64,000 nt of DNA from Eledone cirrhosa (GCA_964016885.1 OZ024742.1:77934001-77998000); one strand, 5' to 3'. Positions 1-13,689 are shown, numbered from the stretch's first letter. Numbers and translations are program-made. The notes: generated by a model not told the origin, from the letters alone.

Positions 1-265
1 GGTGATGATGATGATGTCGACGACGGAGAAGCACGCCTACCGCAATCAACGATGAACAAGATGGTGTAGAGTAAGAACCGAAGAACTGGAAAGAAAGAAT
101 CAGAAAAGATGGAGAAAATTGTTTTAGGACAAAGGCAAACGTGAAAAAATTAGCTATGGCTTTATAACAACCTTCTCGTGTCAATATCAGAAAACTGTAA
201 TTAAGTGTTCACATAAAGGATAATGAATAGTCATGTATACATCCATACTTGCATACATACCAATC

Positions 266-269
<4 letters not shown>

Positions 270-348
<79 letters not shown>

Positions 349-452
349 TAGATAGATAGATAGATATACACACATACATATATATGCATACATATATATA
401 TATATATATATATACAAATGCATATATATAGAGATATATATACACACACACG

Positions 453-514
<62 letters not shown>

Positions 515-521
515 TATATAT

Positions 522-553
<32 letters not shown>

Positions 554-554
554 T
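270..554. repeat. (TA)n/(GATA)n/(CA)n compound microsatellite
   Basis: Direct reading; source of the YIYI pseudo-ORFs. Confidence 0.97.
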
Positions 555-1195
555 GAACAAGAATAATATAAATGTATAAATGAATTAATTAATAAATAAA
601 TATAGATAACACGAGGGCTGTAACGAAACAAAGTACTCAAAACAAATATCAAATGCTAAACAAAAGAAAAAATAAACCAATCGAAAATAATGTAATTAAA
701 CATTATTAATCCTATTTCAAGGGATTTTTATTAAACACGATGGCAAAACCAAAATAAACAATAACAACATCAGTAGTGAACAACAGCAAACAACAACAGT
801 TAATTATAATGATCAGAGATTAGAAAATTGAAATAGGGAGCTTGTTAGGGTTCAAGTTAAAGGTCGTGTTGCTTTGTAATTTGTATTTGTATTTCAATGG
901 ATGCAGAAATGAGAGAATGAAAGTCATCATTGTGTGAGATTTACATTTACACACACAAGTATAAACACACAAATGTGTAATAACATATTCAATAAAGTAT
1001 TGGCAAATATGTATACACAATCTGCAATTAATTTAAATACAGGAAATTAAATACGCATATACTACAATATTTAAACATAATGTATGTATATATATATATA
1101 TGTGTGTTTGTGTGTGTGTGTGTTGTGTGTGTGTGTGTGTGTATTTACTTAGGAGGCGAAGCAAGTCGAATAGAACAGACATAACTTCATCCGAC

Positions 1196-1289
<94 letters not shown>

Positions 1290-1352
1290 ATGTGTGTGTG
1301 TGTGTGTGTGTATATAAATATATGTATATATATATATGTATGTATATATATA

Positions 1353-2006
1353 CATTGTTTAGTAGCAGTACAGACGTGTACATGTGTATGCATGTATATA
1401 TGCATCTGTGTATGTATGTATGTATGTATGTATGTATGTATGTGTGGTGTACATATATATATATATATATTAATATTTGATGAAAATTTACATGTTATAG
1501 TTGCAATTGACTAATAAGATCGCTAGAGTGAAAAATCGTAATTCAACAATATAAGGTCTGCCTGTACGATCTAGAAAATAATAAATCAATACTCACAGAC
1601 TCATATGGGCAAAAAGCCTTGGTACCTAGACACGTTTAAAATTCAAAATACAAACTTTTTCCGCAGATCGGTCAGAACTTCAAACTTCAAACATGTTTCA
1701 CAAAGGAAACATGTTTGAAGTTTGAAGTTCTGACCGATCTGCGGAAAAAGTTTGTATTTTGAATTTTAAACGTGTCTAGGTACCAAGGCTTTTTGCCCAT
1801 ATGAGTCTGTGAGTATTGATTTATTATTTTCTAGATCGTACAGGCAGACCTTATGTTGTTGAATTAAGATTTTTCACTCTAGCGATCTTATTAGTCAATT
1901 GCAACTATAACATGTAAATGTTCATCAAATATTAATTTATACTGCTCAGAAGCGATTCCTAGAGCTGAAATGATTGTAAATGACCTCTTTGAGTCTAAAC
2001 TCTAAG

Positions 2007-2046
<40 letters not shown>

Positions 2047-2124
2047 CACACATACATACATACATACACAGATGCATATATACATGCATACACATATACA
2101 CGTCTGTACTGCTACTAAACAATG
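1353..2124. repeat. Long fold-back inverted repeat (~350-bp arms, 6-nt loop)
   Basis: Centre cttcaaacatgtttc-acaaag-gaaacatgtttgaag (loop 1700-1705); arms differ at only a few positions; right arm has extra sequence at ~1937-2010. Confidence 0.95.
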
Positions 2125-2329
2125 GGGCTGGCAAATCAGTGACGGTTTTGTGTTAAATAACATAAACAACAACATTACTTTACTTCAACATGTTCTGGGA
2201 ATATGTATATACTCTGCTGCAAAATTAATAACTCTTTCTATTTTGAATTTATTAATTCAGAATTAAACATTTTTATCCTCTGATAATTGATAATTTATGT
2301 TGATATACCGCCCAGTAAATCTTAATAAC

Positions 2330-2600
2330 CCTGTACTAGAGAGTCTAGTGTATGTGACAAACCTTTGAAAAACACTAACTTATTTAGTCTTAATAGCATG
2401 TTTAGAAAAGATACAAATCTTGATAATGAAATTGCAAATAGAATTCAGAGGATACGGATAACATTTGGTAAAATAATATTTTCATTATGTTTTCAACAAT
2501 ATATAAAAGATAACTCTAAAATATCCATTCTCAAAATGCGTTTTGTTTGTTTTATCATAAGGCTGTTCAACATATGGAGCCTGATCGTCTAGCGTGTAAT
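2330..2600 (+). mobile_element. Highly decayed RTE-type LINE fragment
   Basis: Translation NLDNEIANRIQR..TFGK resembles the post-RT region of RTE elements. Confidence 0.4.
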
Positions 2601-4064
2601 CGACGTATATTGCATTTATCCAGAAGAGACCGTGGATCGGAGTTATGCTCCTTGTTTCGAGTTAGCGAATGATGTAAACAGATAAGCTCCCTTGCAACAG
2701 AACTAAAAGGGTAAAAATGCCAAAACATCGGAATAACGGAAATCTGTATTCGACCAAAATACTCTGTTTTAACCTGAAATTAAAATACAAAACTTCCTCC
2801 AAACTTATACAGAAACGGATAAAACTTTGGAAAAAATACACTTGATAAGGGATAACGGCGACAAAATAAACCCGATGCTTTCAATCTGGAGAGAATTGCA
2901 TTGAGCAAGAAAATTGAAACGTGACGCAAATACGGAAAATCCAGCAGTATTAATAACCCATTCGTAGCATCAACTTATATTTGGATTTATGTTTCTAAGA
3001 CTACTATCAGCCAAGCTGATAACAGATCATCACCATCTGAAAGAGGATATATCTACCAATCATGTAAGAAACGCTGCCATTCTATTCATCGTCGGTTTCT
3101 AGATATATGCTTCAAGCCAACATCATTATTTACCTTCGATTGTTTTGTAATTCATTATCGAGTTATGGTCATTCTTTATACATACCCATTCACCCAATAC
3201 ATATATATGTGTATGTGTATGTGTTTTATGTGTGTGTGCGTTGTGCTTAAGCGTGCATTTACATGTATATATGTATACACAAACATGTATACACCCACCT
3301 AAGACTATTTTTCATAGTAAATAACTTTGATGCTTCTTACAAAATCAAACTTCCTATCGCACAACGGTTCTAAAAGTAGATTGTTTATAAACCTAATGTC
3401 TGATTTATAAGGCTTTATATAACGGAGAAATTTATCAGCTCGAGCTTTAATGTATTGACTCGCATGGTGCGTAAATCTCCGCAGTAAACGCTGGGAGCGA
3501 CCCTTTATTTAGGAAGCTCAACCGGTCTTGAACGCGATAAGGAAAAAAAAAATACTTTTCTGTCGAAAGAGTATACGGGACGATAGAAGTGAGATTTGCA
3601 TCGGAAATTGAAGAGAAGGCACACTCTGTCAATTCCTTAAAAAGTAAGTGTGTAATGCCAATTTATATAGGGTAATAGGTAACAAAGGTTACAGTAACAA
3701 ATGTACCAAACCGAGATTTTAAAAATAACCTGGCTAGTAGCAGCCATCCTGGAGGATGAAGAGGATAAAATCATGTTAAGAGAGCTGGAGCGGTTTGGGG
3801 GTGGAGCTTTTGCTACGAAGGATTCCTGATATTATGGAACTGCCAAATGGTACACAATTGTTTGTATATTTAGTGGAAGATAAGTGAAACATAATTGACA
3901 TCTTAAATGAAAACAAAGAGGAATGAATGTTCAATGAAACATTATCTGTTAACGCAGGTTGCATTAGTTGAAATGGTATTGGGAGAGTCATCTAATAATG
4001 TCAAACTAAATTTTCAGTACCCACCATGTAGTTTCCAGTTATTGTCTTCCTGTTTGTTCTACAA

Positions 4065-5675
4065 CTACAACGGTACGCGATGGGGCCCAGCCACAGCCCC
4101 GGCGGACAGAATGAAGAAGGCATTTCCCCGGAGGACGTCAAGGGAAAAGCCACTCCAACTCGCAGGGCTCACAGCTGCGGCTGGCCAACTCAGCGCCTAT
4201 GGTGGTGAGTAAGGAGGTAGCCCTGGGGCCGAGGACACCAGAAATCTCCACTGCCAGGGGTACGACCGCAAACCTGTCGAAGAGCGACCGGTGTTTGAGG
4301 AGTTTGGCCCCCTCAGCCCGACGTGCAGCAGAACCTGGGTCAGTCGCAGACTGCACCAGGTTGCGGCTGCAGAAAGTGTCGGTGCAAGTGGCATCCCAGA
4401 CGAGGGGTTTACCACCGCGGAACGGGAAGTTGGTCATGTCATCTGGCCTTTTGCCCTCCCCTCGATCCAGCCCCACCGGCTCGAGCTGGGAAGGGAAACC
4501 TGCAGCGTCCAAGCCATGCTTAATGATATCGCTGAAGGAAGCATGGCGTGGAATGTGGCCGGCAATGTGGCAACAGGAAAGCGGGTGAGGCCGAAAGAGT
4601 CCACGGTGGAACCGCAGCGACATTGGTGTGGCTGGCAGATCCGAAGGCCCAGCCTTAGGGAAACGCCGATGCGCAGGCTATGGTTGTCTAGCTGCCTGCC
4701 AGTGGAGAAGGAGAGCAGGACATGGAGACAGGCACCACTGTGGGGTTTAGAGGCCGCTCGAAAACAAGCAAGGTAGTGCTGGTCGAGCTGGCGCGTGAGT
4801 CTGTCTGAGGCCAGGCTGCACTGGATGGCATCCCAAGTGCGTTGGGGGGGGTACTTGACGTCAACAACGGTATAAGGAAGAGGGTCGTCTACTGGGCTAG
4901 TCCCAGCCCGTTCCACGTCACAGGCGGCCTCACGTTCTCTGAACACAGACGGTTCTGTTGCGTTTTGAAGAACCATGCTGACGAAGGCGCGGCACGAGGG
5001 TACCGACAAAAGATACGCCGGCAAAGTTAGTGAGATCGGGGACCGGAGGCCAAGTACACCATACCTGAAAGGTAAAGTGGCCTGTTGCCACCTTATGTCG
5101 TAAAACTTGATGTTGCATATCTCCTCGGCTGCTTCTCGGATACAAGTATCGAGGTCAGCGAGGAGACATGTCTGGGTGTAGCACAGAGCGCTGCGGAGTC
5201 TATAGAGGAGCTTCGGCATGGCGAAGCTGTTCCTCAGCAGAAAGAGAACTTGGTGGCCGTCAATGAAGCCCAGTCGGCTCGTGAGAGTCTGGAGCTTTTG
5301 AAGCCTGGACCTGATGGTGGGGCGGATGGCAGACGGGTGGATCGGTGACCCGAGGATGAGGACATCCCCTTTGGGGGTCACCTGAACCTGGCGGAGAATG
5401 GACCGCACGTCCAAGACGGAGGCTGCCAAGCTCGCAGCATCGAGGCTGACATTCACCACCTCCGACTTGGCCGAGTTGATCTGGAGGCCGATTCCCGCCA
5501 GGGCAGGAACTACCGATTGAAGGTCATGGCAGACCGTCCGTACGGGCCGGCCCAACGTAGTATCATCCAGATACCAAACGTTGAGAGGCGCCGTGATACT
5601 CCGAGCGACGTGGTCAATTTCAAGGGCGAACAGGAGGGGTCCCAAAGGGTCGCCCTGTTGGACCCCAGTAGTGGA
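4065..5675 (-). mobile_element. 5'-truncated CRE-like non-LTR retrotransposon (RT + restriction-like endonuclease), frameshifted
   Basis: GVQQGDPLGPLLF and VWYLDD RT motifs (ORF 4434-5645); Cys cluster CQPHQCRCG; RLE motif EPVGL..GKRPD..LVWDATCTD and VPLAVEISGVLG (ORF 4138-4623); GC-rich island. Confidence 0.85.
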
Positions 5676-7625
5676 AGGGTATTACCGATGTTATATCTGC
5701 ATTGAAACCACCCATGTAACGGCTTTCTGCCCTAAACAGGGAATAAATGAACGTAAACCTGCACTATTACTAACAACACCACTAACAACAGCAGAAACAA
5801 CTACGACCCTAAGAAAAAGAACCTGGGACCGCACCACTACCACCGAAATCAACACTCACGTGCGTGGAAAGCATGCCTCTAATGGCCGTCACACAATAAA
5901 AAAAAAAGTAACAGAGTATTCTATAAGTCAAATAAAAGTTGTCCACAATTTAAAGTATTCGACTACACCGACCATAAATGTGTGATCTGTGTGTTCAATC
6001 TAGATAGGCTTCATAAACAGAGACATGGTTACTGAAACCTAAACCTATCATTCCCGTCGCACTAAGACTACAAAGTCTGCATTAGTAAATATGTTACGCG
6101 AGCGTTGACGGGAGCAATCATCAACAACACATGGTGGTTCACCCTAAAAGAGTTAGAGTAGAATCGATACATTTTAGTAAGGTTTTAACGATAGAGAAAA
6201 CTAGAGCAGAGAGAGATCTAGTTAGAAAACTAGAAGTGGCATTTACTAAAGGCACCACAGGCAACGTGCTCGTAGCTAGATTGGCCCTGAGCCAATTCTT
6301 AAATGCTTAGCGCTAAGGCTTAGAAGTCTGAGCTAAGGAGTATAATCTTAGAAACGATGGGACGAAAGCCATTCAGTGGGCCATTCAAAGCCACAATTGG
6401 ATATTTGGCGGACCACGACGAGTGTATGATATTTGATCCCAAGAAGATGTGTGAGGTTTTTCAATGACATTTCACTCACATGCTCCGGAGCGGTGTCGGG
6501 TCGGATCAAGGGAATAATTTCGGAGCCTACCTTGCTGGCCTATCGCGCCGATAGGTGAGGGAGGTGGAGTGTTTCAAAAAGCTGATAGCCAAATAAATAT
6601 AAGACGCAATAACTAACTGCATGAGGGGCGAATACCCTAGCTTAGATGATCTGACTTACGAGCTTTACATAAACATGCCAGACTTCTTAGGGGATATCTA
6701 TGCAGACGTCTGCGCTAACTGGCAGCAGAATGGGGGAATTCCCAACATGTGAGTCGAGGAGTGGTAACGCTGCTGAGAAAGGACACAAAAAAGGGAAACT
6801 ATATAGACAATATCAGGCAAATAACTCTGCTAAACGCAGAGTTTAACATGTTGGCCAAGGTGTTAGCGACGAGGTTGGCGCTTGCCGTTGGTGGTCTGGT
6901 AGGGGAGTCGCAAACATGTGCTATACCGGACATATCCATCCACGAAAACCTCCACCGTTTGTGATACGTCATCGGGAGGTTAACTCAGGAACCTGGCAAG
7001 AGTGGAGTGGTGTTCAATTTAGATCAATCAAAGGCTTTCAATAGTATCGAAAATCGCTATATTGCGGTCGTTTTCAAAGTACCCGACTTCGGATCCGTTT
7101 CCAGGGTCTGGATCGCTGCATTGCACAGCGACATCTGTTCTGTGGTTAGGGTGAACGGTCTCTTTCGGAACCTTTCAACATCATGAGCACGGCCAACCAA
7201 GTTTGCACCCGCTCGTCCGTTTCGTATGTATTCACTCTTGAGCAATTACTACACAAATGGGAGACGTCGAGGAACATCCCGTGCGAACTAGGACGTGGGA
7301 GATCCGTGCTGGCATATGCCGACGACGTCACCGTTGTGGTATAGAACACCAAAGACCTTGAGATAATTAGCTTCACTCCCAGGGAGTACGAAGCAATAAC
7401 AGGAGCAAAAATTAACCAGGAAAGGTCGGTTGGCCTGCAGCCCGGCATTTGGTAGGGCAGATGCATGCTGTCCAACAGCGTTGTCGGGCGCTGGACGAAT
7501 GGACCGGTTAAATTACTCGTGGTTTGGACCAGACGTCCAGATGGACAATCACTGGGACGAGGTAACCTGCAAGTTGGCCTCTCTCGCCCAGAAACTTGCC
7601 GAGAGGAAGCTATCCTTGAAAACCT
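5676..7625 (+). mobile_element. Decayed, internally deleted L1/Tx1-type LINE related to the 55188-61171 element
   Basis: Zinc knuckle CYICIETTHVTAFC at ~5688-5730; 5935-7625 is colinear with 58185-59890 (e.g. MLAKVLATRLALAVGGLVGESQTCAIPD, AYADDV); many stops. Confidence 0.88.
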
Positions 7626-8663
7626 TATCTTGAAATCCATATCTATATTTTAAATCACAATAATATCTTATGTGTGTCCGTGTATGTGTCTGTGTATCCA
7701 CGTTTATATGCTACTAGTTAACTTAATCGTTTTAGCTGTCTACATAGTACCCGATAATTTCATGAATCACCTGCCTTTAGCCGTTGAATAGAATAGCCCT
7801 AGAAACTGTTGATGAAATCGTACAGAGAAAGATCGAAAACCAGGGTTGTCGCCCCTGTTACAAATATAAATCTCTACCGTTCAGAGAGAGTTTTAGTTGA
7901 GGGACAAAAACTTACCTTTTTCATATTTTTGTCTGAATGAGGGGGGCCAGTTTAAAAGTGTGTCCTCAATGAAATAATGGTGTCCATGACTGGATCTTGA
8001 AACTAATGGTAACACATACATGTTTATTGTATGAAACATTGCTTATACTAAAAAGCTCTCTTCCACAAATTTGAGCACTTTTTACATTGATCTTCCATCT
8101 ACGGATTTCTCCCAATATATACATATATATAGAAATAGAGAGATGGGGAGAGATGTAAAATCCCACCGAGGCGACAAGTGGTTTCGGCTTGTGTATTACG
8201 TGTCAAATATATATATGTGTGTGTGTGTGTGTGTGTATGTGTGTGTGTGTGTGTGTGTGTATGTGTGTGGGGGGGGGTATGTTTTTTCTATAATATATAT
8301 ATTTATATAAGCATATTATGAACTAGTTTACTAATGATTGATTACCCAAGACAGTTCATTTAGAATATTAATTCCTTACACATCTTTTACACGCACAAAA
8401 CAATATCTATCGTATAACCAATTGCCTACATTTCTTTCACCTCTACTGAGAGATGTAAACAAACATATATATGTATGAGTATATATGCGTGCTAGTAAGA
8501 TATTGCTTTTGTGTGTATTTTTAAATGTCAAACTGTGCCTTAAAACCGGAAAATGAATTGTTGCATGTATATAGCACGATGAAAATTAAGTGCCATATTT
8601 TCTGACTAAACCACGGGGGGAAATTGGCATTCACTCCAGTTATTATAAAAAGATCAATATACG

Positions 8664-9148
<485 letters not shown>

Positions 9149-9149
9149 T

Positions 9150-9525
9150 GGTAAAAGGAAATGAAAATGCTGACAAATTGTTTCCAGTGAAAAATAGTTT
9201 AATTAGGAATAAGTAAAAATTAGTAATAGTATTGGTTAGTATTCAGTTTTGGTTTTAAGTTTTACCGGTTGCGCGTTTCTAATGCTTTTCAAAAATAATT
9301 TTGAGATAGAGCGTCCGTGATGTTTGCTCTGATCTGATTAGTTTTGGAAATTCTACCTGTTTTATGTAAAAAAAAGTGGCTCCAGATGTATGAAAAAATT
9401 CTTGTGGTCAAAACAATTTTGATTGGTCCGTAGAGGTCATGTGAATGTTAAAAATTGATTTTGCGGCAAATGTAGGTTTGTCTCGGCTGATTGAGAAGTC
9501 ACTGAAAAATAAGTCTTTCAAGACA
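9150..9525 (-). mobile_element. Possible decayed Penelope-like GIY-YIG/3' remnant
   Basis: Minus-strand CLERLIFQ..QTYIC..SYIW resembles the GIY-YIG layout; the end aaaagga.a.gaaaatgctgacaaattgtt is shared with 10709-10740. Confidence 0.35.
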
Positions 9526-9576
9526 AATATGTGTGTGTGTAGTAGTAGTAGTAAAGAGGTTCGTATGGGCTTCAAC

Positions 9577-9647
9577 ACTGACAAAGGAACGATGAACTAG
9601 TTTCTAGCTTATTAGGTGTCATCAGCTCCGTATACCTTCCTGTCAGT
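9577..9647 (-). ncRNA. Type I hammerhead ribozyme (inverted copy of 10388-10458)
   Basis: Minus strand cggag-CTGATGA-cacctaataagcta-GAAA-ctag-TT/catcg; stem II has one substitution. Confidence 0.65.
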
Positions 9648-9844
9648 CGATTGAACGTTTGAAAGTATATACTTTCCTTATGCATATCAACGGCTGAGCA
9701 GACTAATTTGAGTGAGTTAGTCGGCCGGGTGTATCGAAAACGATAAATGGAAAAAATGAAATTTCATTTCTCACTCTTAGTACGGCTGATACTTAAATAT
9801 AAGTATGTATACGTACATACATATATGTATACAGACGTACAGTA

Positions 9845-9917
<73 letters not shown>

Positions 9918-10387
9918 CATGCACATATATATATATGTACGTATGTGTTTACCCGACATTTATTAAAATGCTCGGTTTGTTTGTAAACAGCAAATAAGCT
10001 AGAAACTAGTTCATCGTTCCATTGTCAGTGTTGAAAGAAAATGGCAACGATGTTTGCCGAACACTGTACGGCTAATAATTCGGGCTGTTTATTTACAAGC
10101 AAACCGAACATTATAATAAATGTTCGGTAAACCCATACGTACATATATATATATGTGTGTGCATGTATGTATGTATATTCATACTACTGTACGTCTGTAT
10201 ACATATATGTAGTACGTATACATAATTATATTTAAGTATAAGCCATGCTAAGAGTGAGAAATTAAATTTCATTTTTTCCATTTATCGTTTTCGGTACACC
10301 CGGCCGACTAACTCACTCGATATACAAATTAGTCTGCTCAGCCGTTGATATGCATAAGGAAAGTTTATACTTTCAAACGGTCAATCG

Positions 10388-10458
10388 ACTGACAGAAAGG
10401 TATACGGAGCTGATGACAGCTAATAAGCTAGAAACTAGTACATCGTTCCTTTGTCAGT
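10388..10458 (+). ncRNA. Type I hammerhead ribozyme
   Basis: actgacagaaagg..cggag-CTGATGA(10410-16)-c agc taataa gct a-GAAA(10431-34)-ctag-TA/catcg..cctttgtcagt; palindromic stem III actagt. Confidence 0.78.
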
Positions 10459-10609
10459 GTTGAAGCCCATACGTACATATATATATGGGTGCATGTATGT
10501 ATGTATATACATCCTACTGTACGTCTGTATACATATATGTATGTATGTATACATACTTATATTTAAGTATCAGCCGTACTAAGAGTGAGAAATGAAATTT
10601 CATTTTTTC

Positions 10610-10668
<59 letters not shown>

Positions 10669-10699
10669 AAAGAATAGAGGTGTAACACACGAGTTATGA

Positions 10700-11690
10700 T
10701 ATATTGATAAAAGGAAAAGAAAATGCTGACAAATTGTTCCCATAGAAAAAATGTATAGTTGTTTACAGCTCCAATTAGTTAAATCCTTGTGCTAATATAC
10801 ATTATATTATGTTATAAGTGAATCCCTTTTATATAATGCTATTTATTTATATATTTAGTTTTAAATACAATCAATTTTCCTATAATACATTAAAGGTCTC
10901 ATTATATTATTATCCATCCATTACTGAATAAAATATAAGTAAGCTATAGAAGTTATATTAAATGGCGGTAACTTTATGTTTATTCTTACTAGTTATTGTA
11001 GAGTATAAGATTTGAGATAAATAGGAGGTAAGTAGAGGAATGAGCTAATCATAGGGTGGGATGCTGATAAAACTTGGAGGTGAAGTGTTAATGGTGGTGA
11101 GGAATCCAGATCTGACATTGTTATATACTAGCATCTAGGTTTAAAGTTGTGGGAAGCGTGGCGGTGGTAATGATGGCACATGGAAAACATTTCTGATTTT
11201 CTATTTTAGAGGTTTAGTTTAGAATAGATTATAGTGCGGGTCTCTAGAAGACAGAGGTTACATAATAGCTTAATCAAAGACATCATTTACTCATGCGCAT
11301 TCAATACAGACAACACTTCAAAAACAAATATCGGTTCTACTTCGAACTGCGGTTACATAATTTATTCGGTGGTTTATACGAGGCAGCCCTATCTATTACT
11401 TCCAATTGAAGTGTATATGGTCTATTCTTAGTTTTCAGAGGGCGTATGTAGTTAGATAAAGAAGTGGAGTTGGCTAGATTGCGATTTTTGAAAGTGTGGA
11501 GATGCGAGTTATATCTCGTCTTGAAGCAGTTCGAAGTAGAACCGATATATGTTTTTGAAGTGTTGTTTGTATTGACTGCGCATGAGTAAATGATGTATTT
11601 GATTAAGCAAATATGTAACCTCTGTCTTCTAGAGACCCGCACTATAATCTATTCTAAACTAAACCTCTTAAATAGAAAATCAGAAATGTT
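10700..11690 (-). mobile_element. Rearranged Penelope-like (Neptune-type) GIY-YIG endonuclease and 3' region
   Basis: CLIKYIIYSC..TYIGSTSNCFKTRYNSH..TSLSNYI..KLCN (11612-11351), continued by CNLCLLETRTIIY..NRKSEMFSMCHH from ~11262; inverted arms 11186-11350 and 11526-11690. Confidence 0.85.
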
Positions 11691-11783
11691 AACTTTGCCT
11701 TTCATCCTTACGGGGTCGATAAAATAAACAACCAGTAATACACTGGATAATTGCTGGCCTTGTGCCAAAAGTAGAAACAATTA
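11688..11783 (+). mobile_element. SINE 3' fragment
   Basis: gttaactttgcctttcatccttacggggtcgataaaataaa... matches 52440-52535. Confidence 0.85.
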
Positions 11784-12519
11784 TATAAAAGGGATTCACT
11801 TATAACATAATATAATGTATATTAGCACAAGGTATTTAAGTAATTGGAGCTGTAAACAACTAGACAAATTAATCGCTAATTACCTCCCCTTTCACATTAG
11901 CTCCCCTTAATATATATCTCTAACTCACTTCCGGAAATTTGACCATTAGAAGGATCACTGTAGAACAACTAGAACCCTGGATAAGAGTGTAATAGGACCA
12001 ATATACAATCCATAGTTGTAACTACGTATAAACATTCCCTAAAATATAACCAATGTAATGGAAAAGAAAACAATAATATTAATACTCTCAACACATGCAG
12101 ATTTGAACATTACAGGAACAATGATCACACTACATCCACCATAAACTTCATAGAAACTACTTTTAATACACAAACATCTTTGTCTAGTTAATATGCTTGT
12201 AAACCTGTGTTATATTATGTGATACCTTTGCCATACTGTAATATATATGCATAGTACCATTGCTTGTTTCCTACCTAACTATCCTGTACATACCTAACAC
12301 ATTTGCACTCTCTATACGTTTGCATATGTACTACTAATGTCCTAGTTTTACGAGTAACTTTCTGCCTAATGCCTCTTTAATTGTTATACTATTCTCTTGT
12401 AATCTTTGTCATATCGACTCCACTCTGTAAAGATGAAACTGTTGATGCCAACATTAATATCTATCTATCTATATGATTGTTCTGTCGAATAGGAAGTAAA
12501 TTATATGTCTAAACTTTGC

Positions 12520-12572
12520 TAGTGCTCCAATGATTCCAAACGAAAGTTTGGAAGAAACGATTGACAGCATTA
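12520..12572 (+). ncRNA. Degenerate hammerhead ribozyme
   Basis: Stem I tagtgct/agcatta, core ccaatga (for CTGATGA), 8-bp stem II ttccaaac-gaaa-gtttggaa, GAAA, cgattg, ac (for NUH). Confidence 0.6.
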
Positions 12573-13041
12573 AAATGTTTTGAACATAGTTTTGATTATT
12601 GTGTTATTTATATATATAGAGAGAGAGAAAGAGAGAGAGAGAGAGGGGGGATACATATAAGTATACATATATACACATATATACATATATATACATATAT
12701 ACACATATATACATATATACACATATATACATATATTTATATGTAGAGAGAGGAAGAGTGATAGAGTGGGGGGAGCGGAAGAGAAATAGTGAAATAGAGG
12801 CTCACTCTCTGAATATGAGGATTTGGCAAAAATCTATTCATCAAGAATTCAAGACCAAAACTCCCAGATGAAGATGAAGAAAAATAATTATGGCTTTATA
12901 GTCCACCACAATATTGGTAACGAACAATCCAAATTTTAATCCAATGATTAAAATTCCAATCACAGTAGTGTGATAATTTCACAGAAAATATTTATAAAAA
13001 ACGACAATTTGGACTGATTATCATTAGAATTTCTAATAGAA

Positions 13042-13497
13042 TTACGAGCCCCATTTATCCGAACACAAATACTCGGTCCTCCTTATAGCCAGCAGGGCAA
13101 CAGAGAAGCTGCTCATCGATCCCTTACTATTCCAGAACCTTCCACAACAGGTCCCGTGGAACGCAGTCATATACATTTTGTTAGTAATAATTCCACGGAT
13201 TCCTAAAGACATGTCGCAGTGTGAATGTTTGGTCAGCGGTATTGCATTACTGCCGATAGCCACACAGTTCATCAAATAGCATGAATTCGACAATATCCCT
13301 ACAACTCTTTGCCAGACAGCATTGCCAAGGAGGCCTAACATGCAACGCCATCTACAATTGCAGAAATCTCTCTTGTCTCCCTTTTTGAAAATCGAGATTA
13401 TTAATACCAAGTTCCATTGCATAGGTGCCTTTCTAGTGATCCAGGACATCCGGCAGTTTGTAACCGAGATAAGACGTGAGCATAATTTCCTCAGCAC
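13042..13497 (-). mobile_element. Decayed RTE-clade LINE RT fragment
   Basis: QWNLVLIISIFKKGDKRDFCNCR..MLGLLG resembles the RT N-terminal motif W..I.PIFKKGD...NYRGI.LL. Confidence 0.7.
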
Positions 13498-13689
13498 CTA
13501 TCTAAAAAGAGGAGAACACTAGATTCGTTCTTAATAGCAAACGCGAAGGAGGAGTCCTTATTACGACACACAAACTATGGAAACAGCACTTATTGAACTC
13601 AAACTCTGTTATTGATGATGGCGTCATAGAATCTTTTTCTTGAAATAACGGAAACGAATATCGAACCAGCTCTGTAAGTAAAGGACACC

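Larger units (their letters stand above)
9562..10612. mobile_element. HHR-bearing non-coding element: inverted copy plus ~1.4 tandem copies of a ~334-bp unit
   Basis: 9562-9985 is the inverse of ~10091-10473; cccatacgtacatatat recurs at 10132 and 10466; ends at a (TA)n tract. Confidence 0.85.

Noticed and set aside
3010-3060. ctgataa-cagat..atct-gaaa hammerhead-like string
   Set aside because: G8 is missing and stem I does not pair
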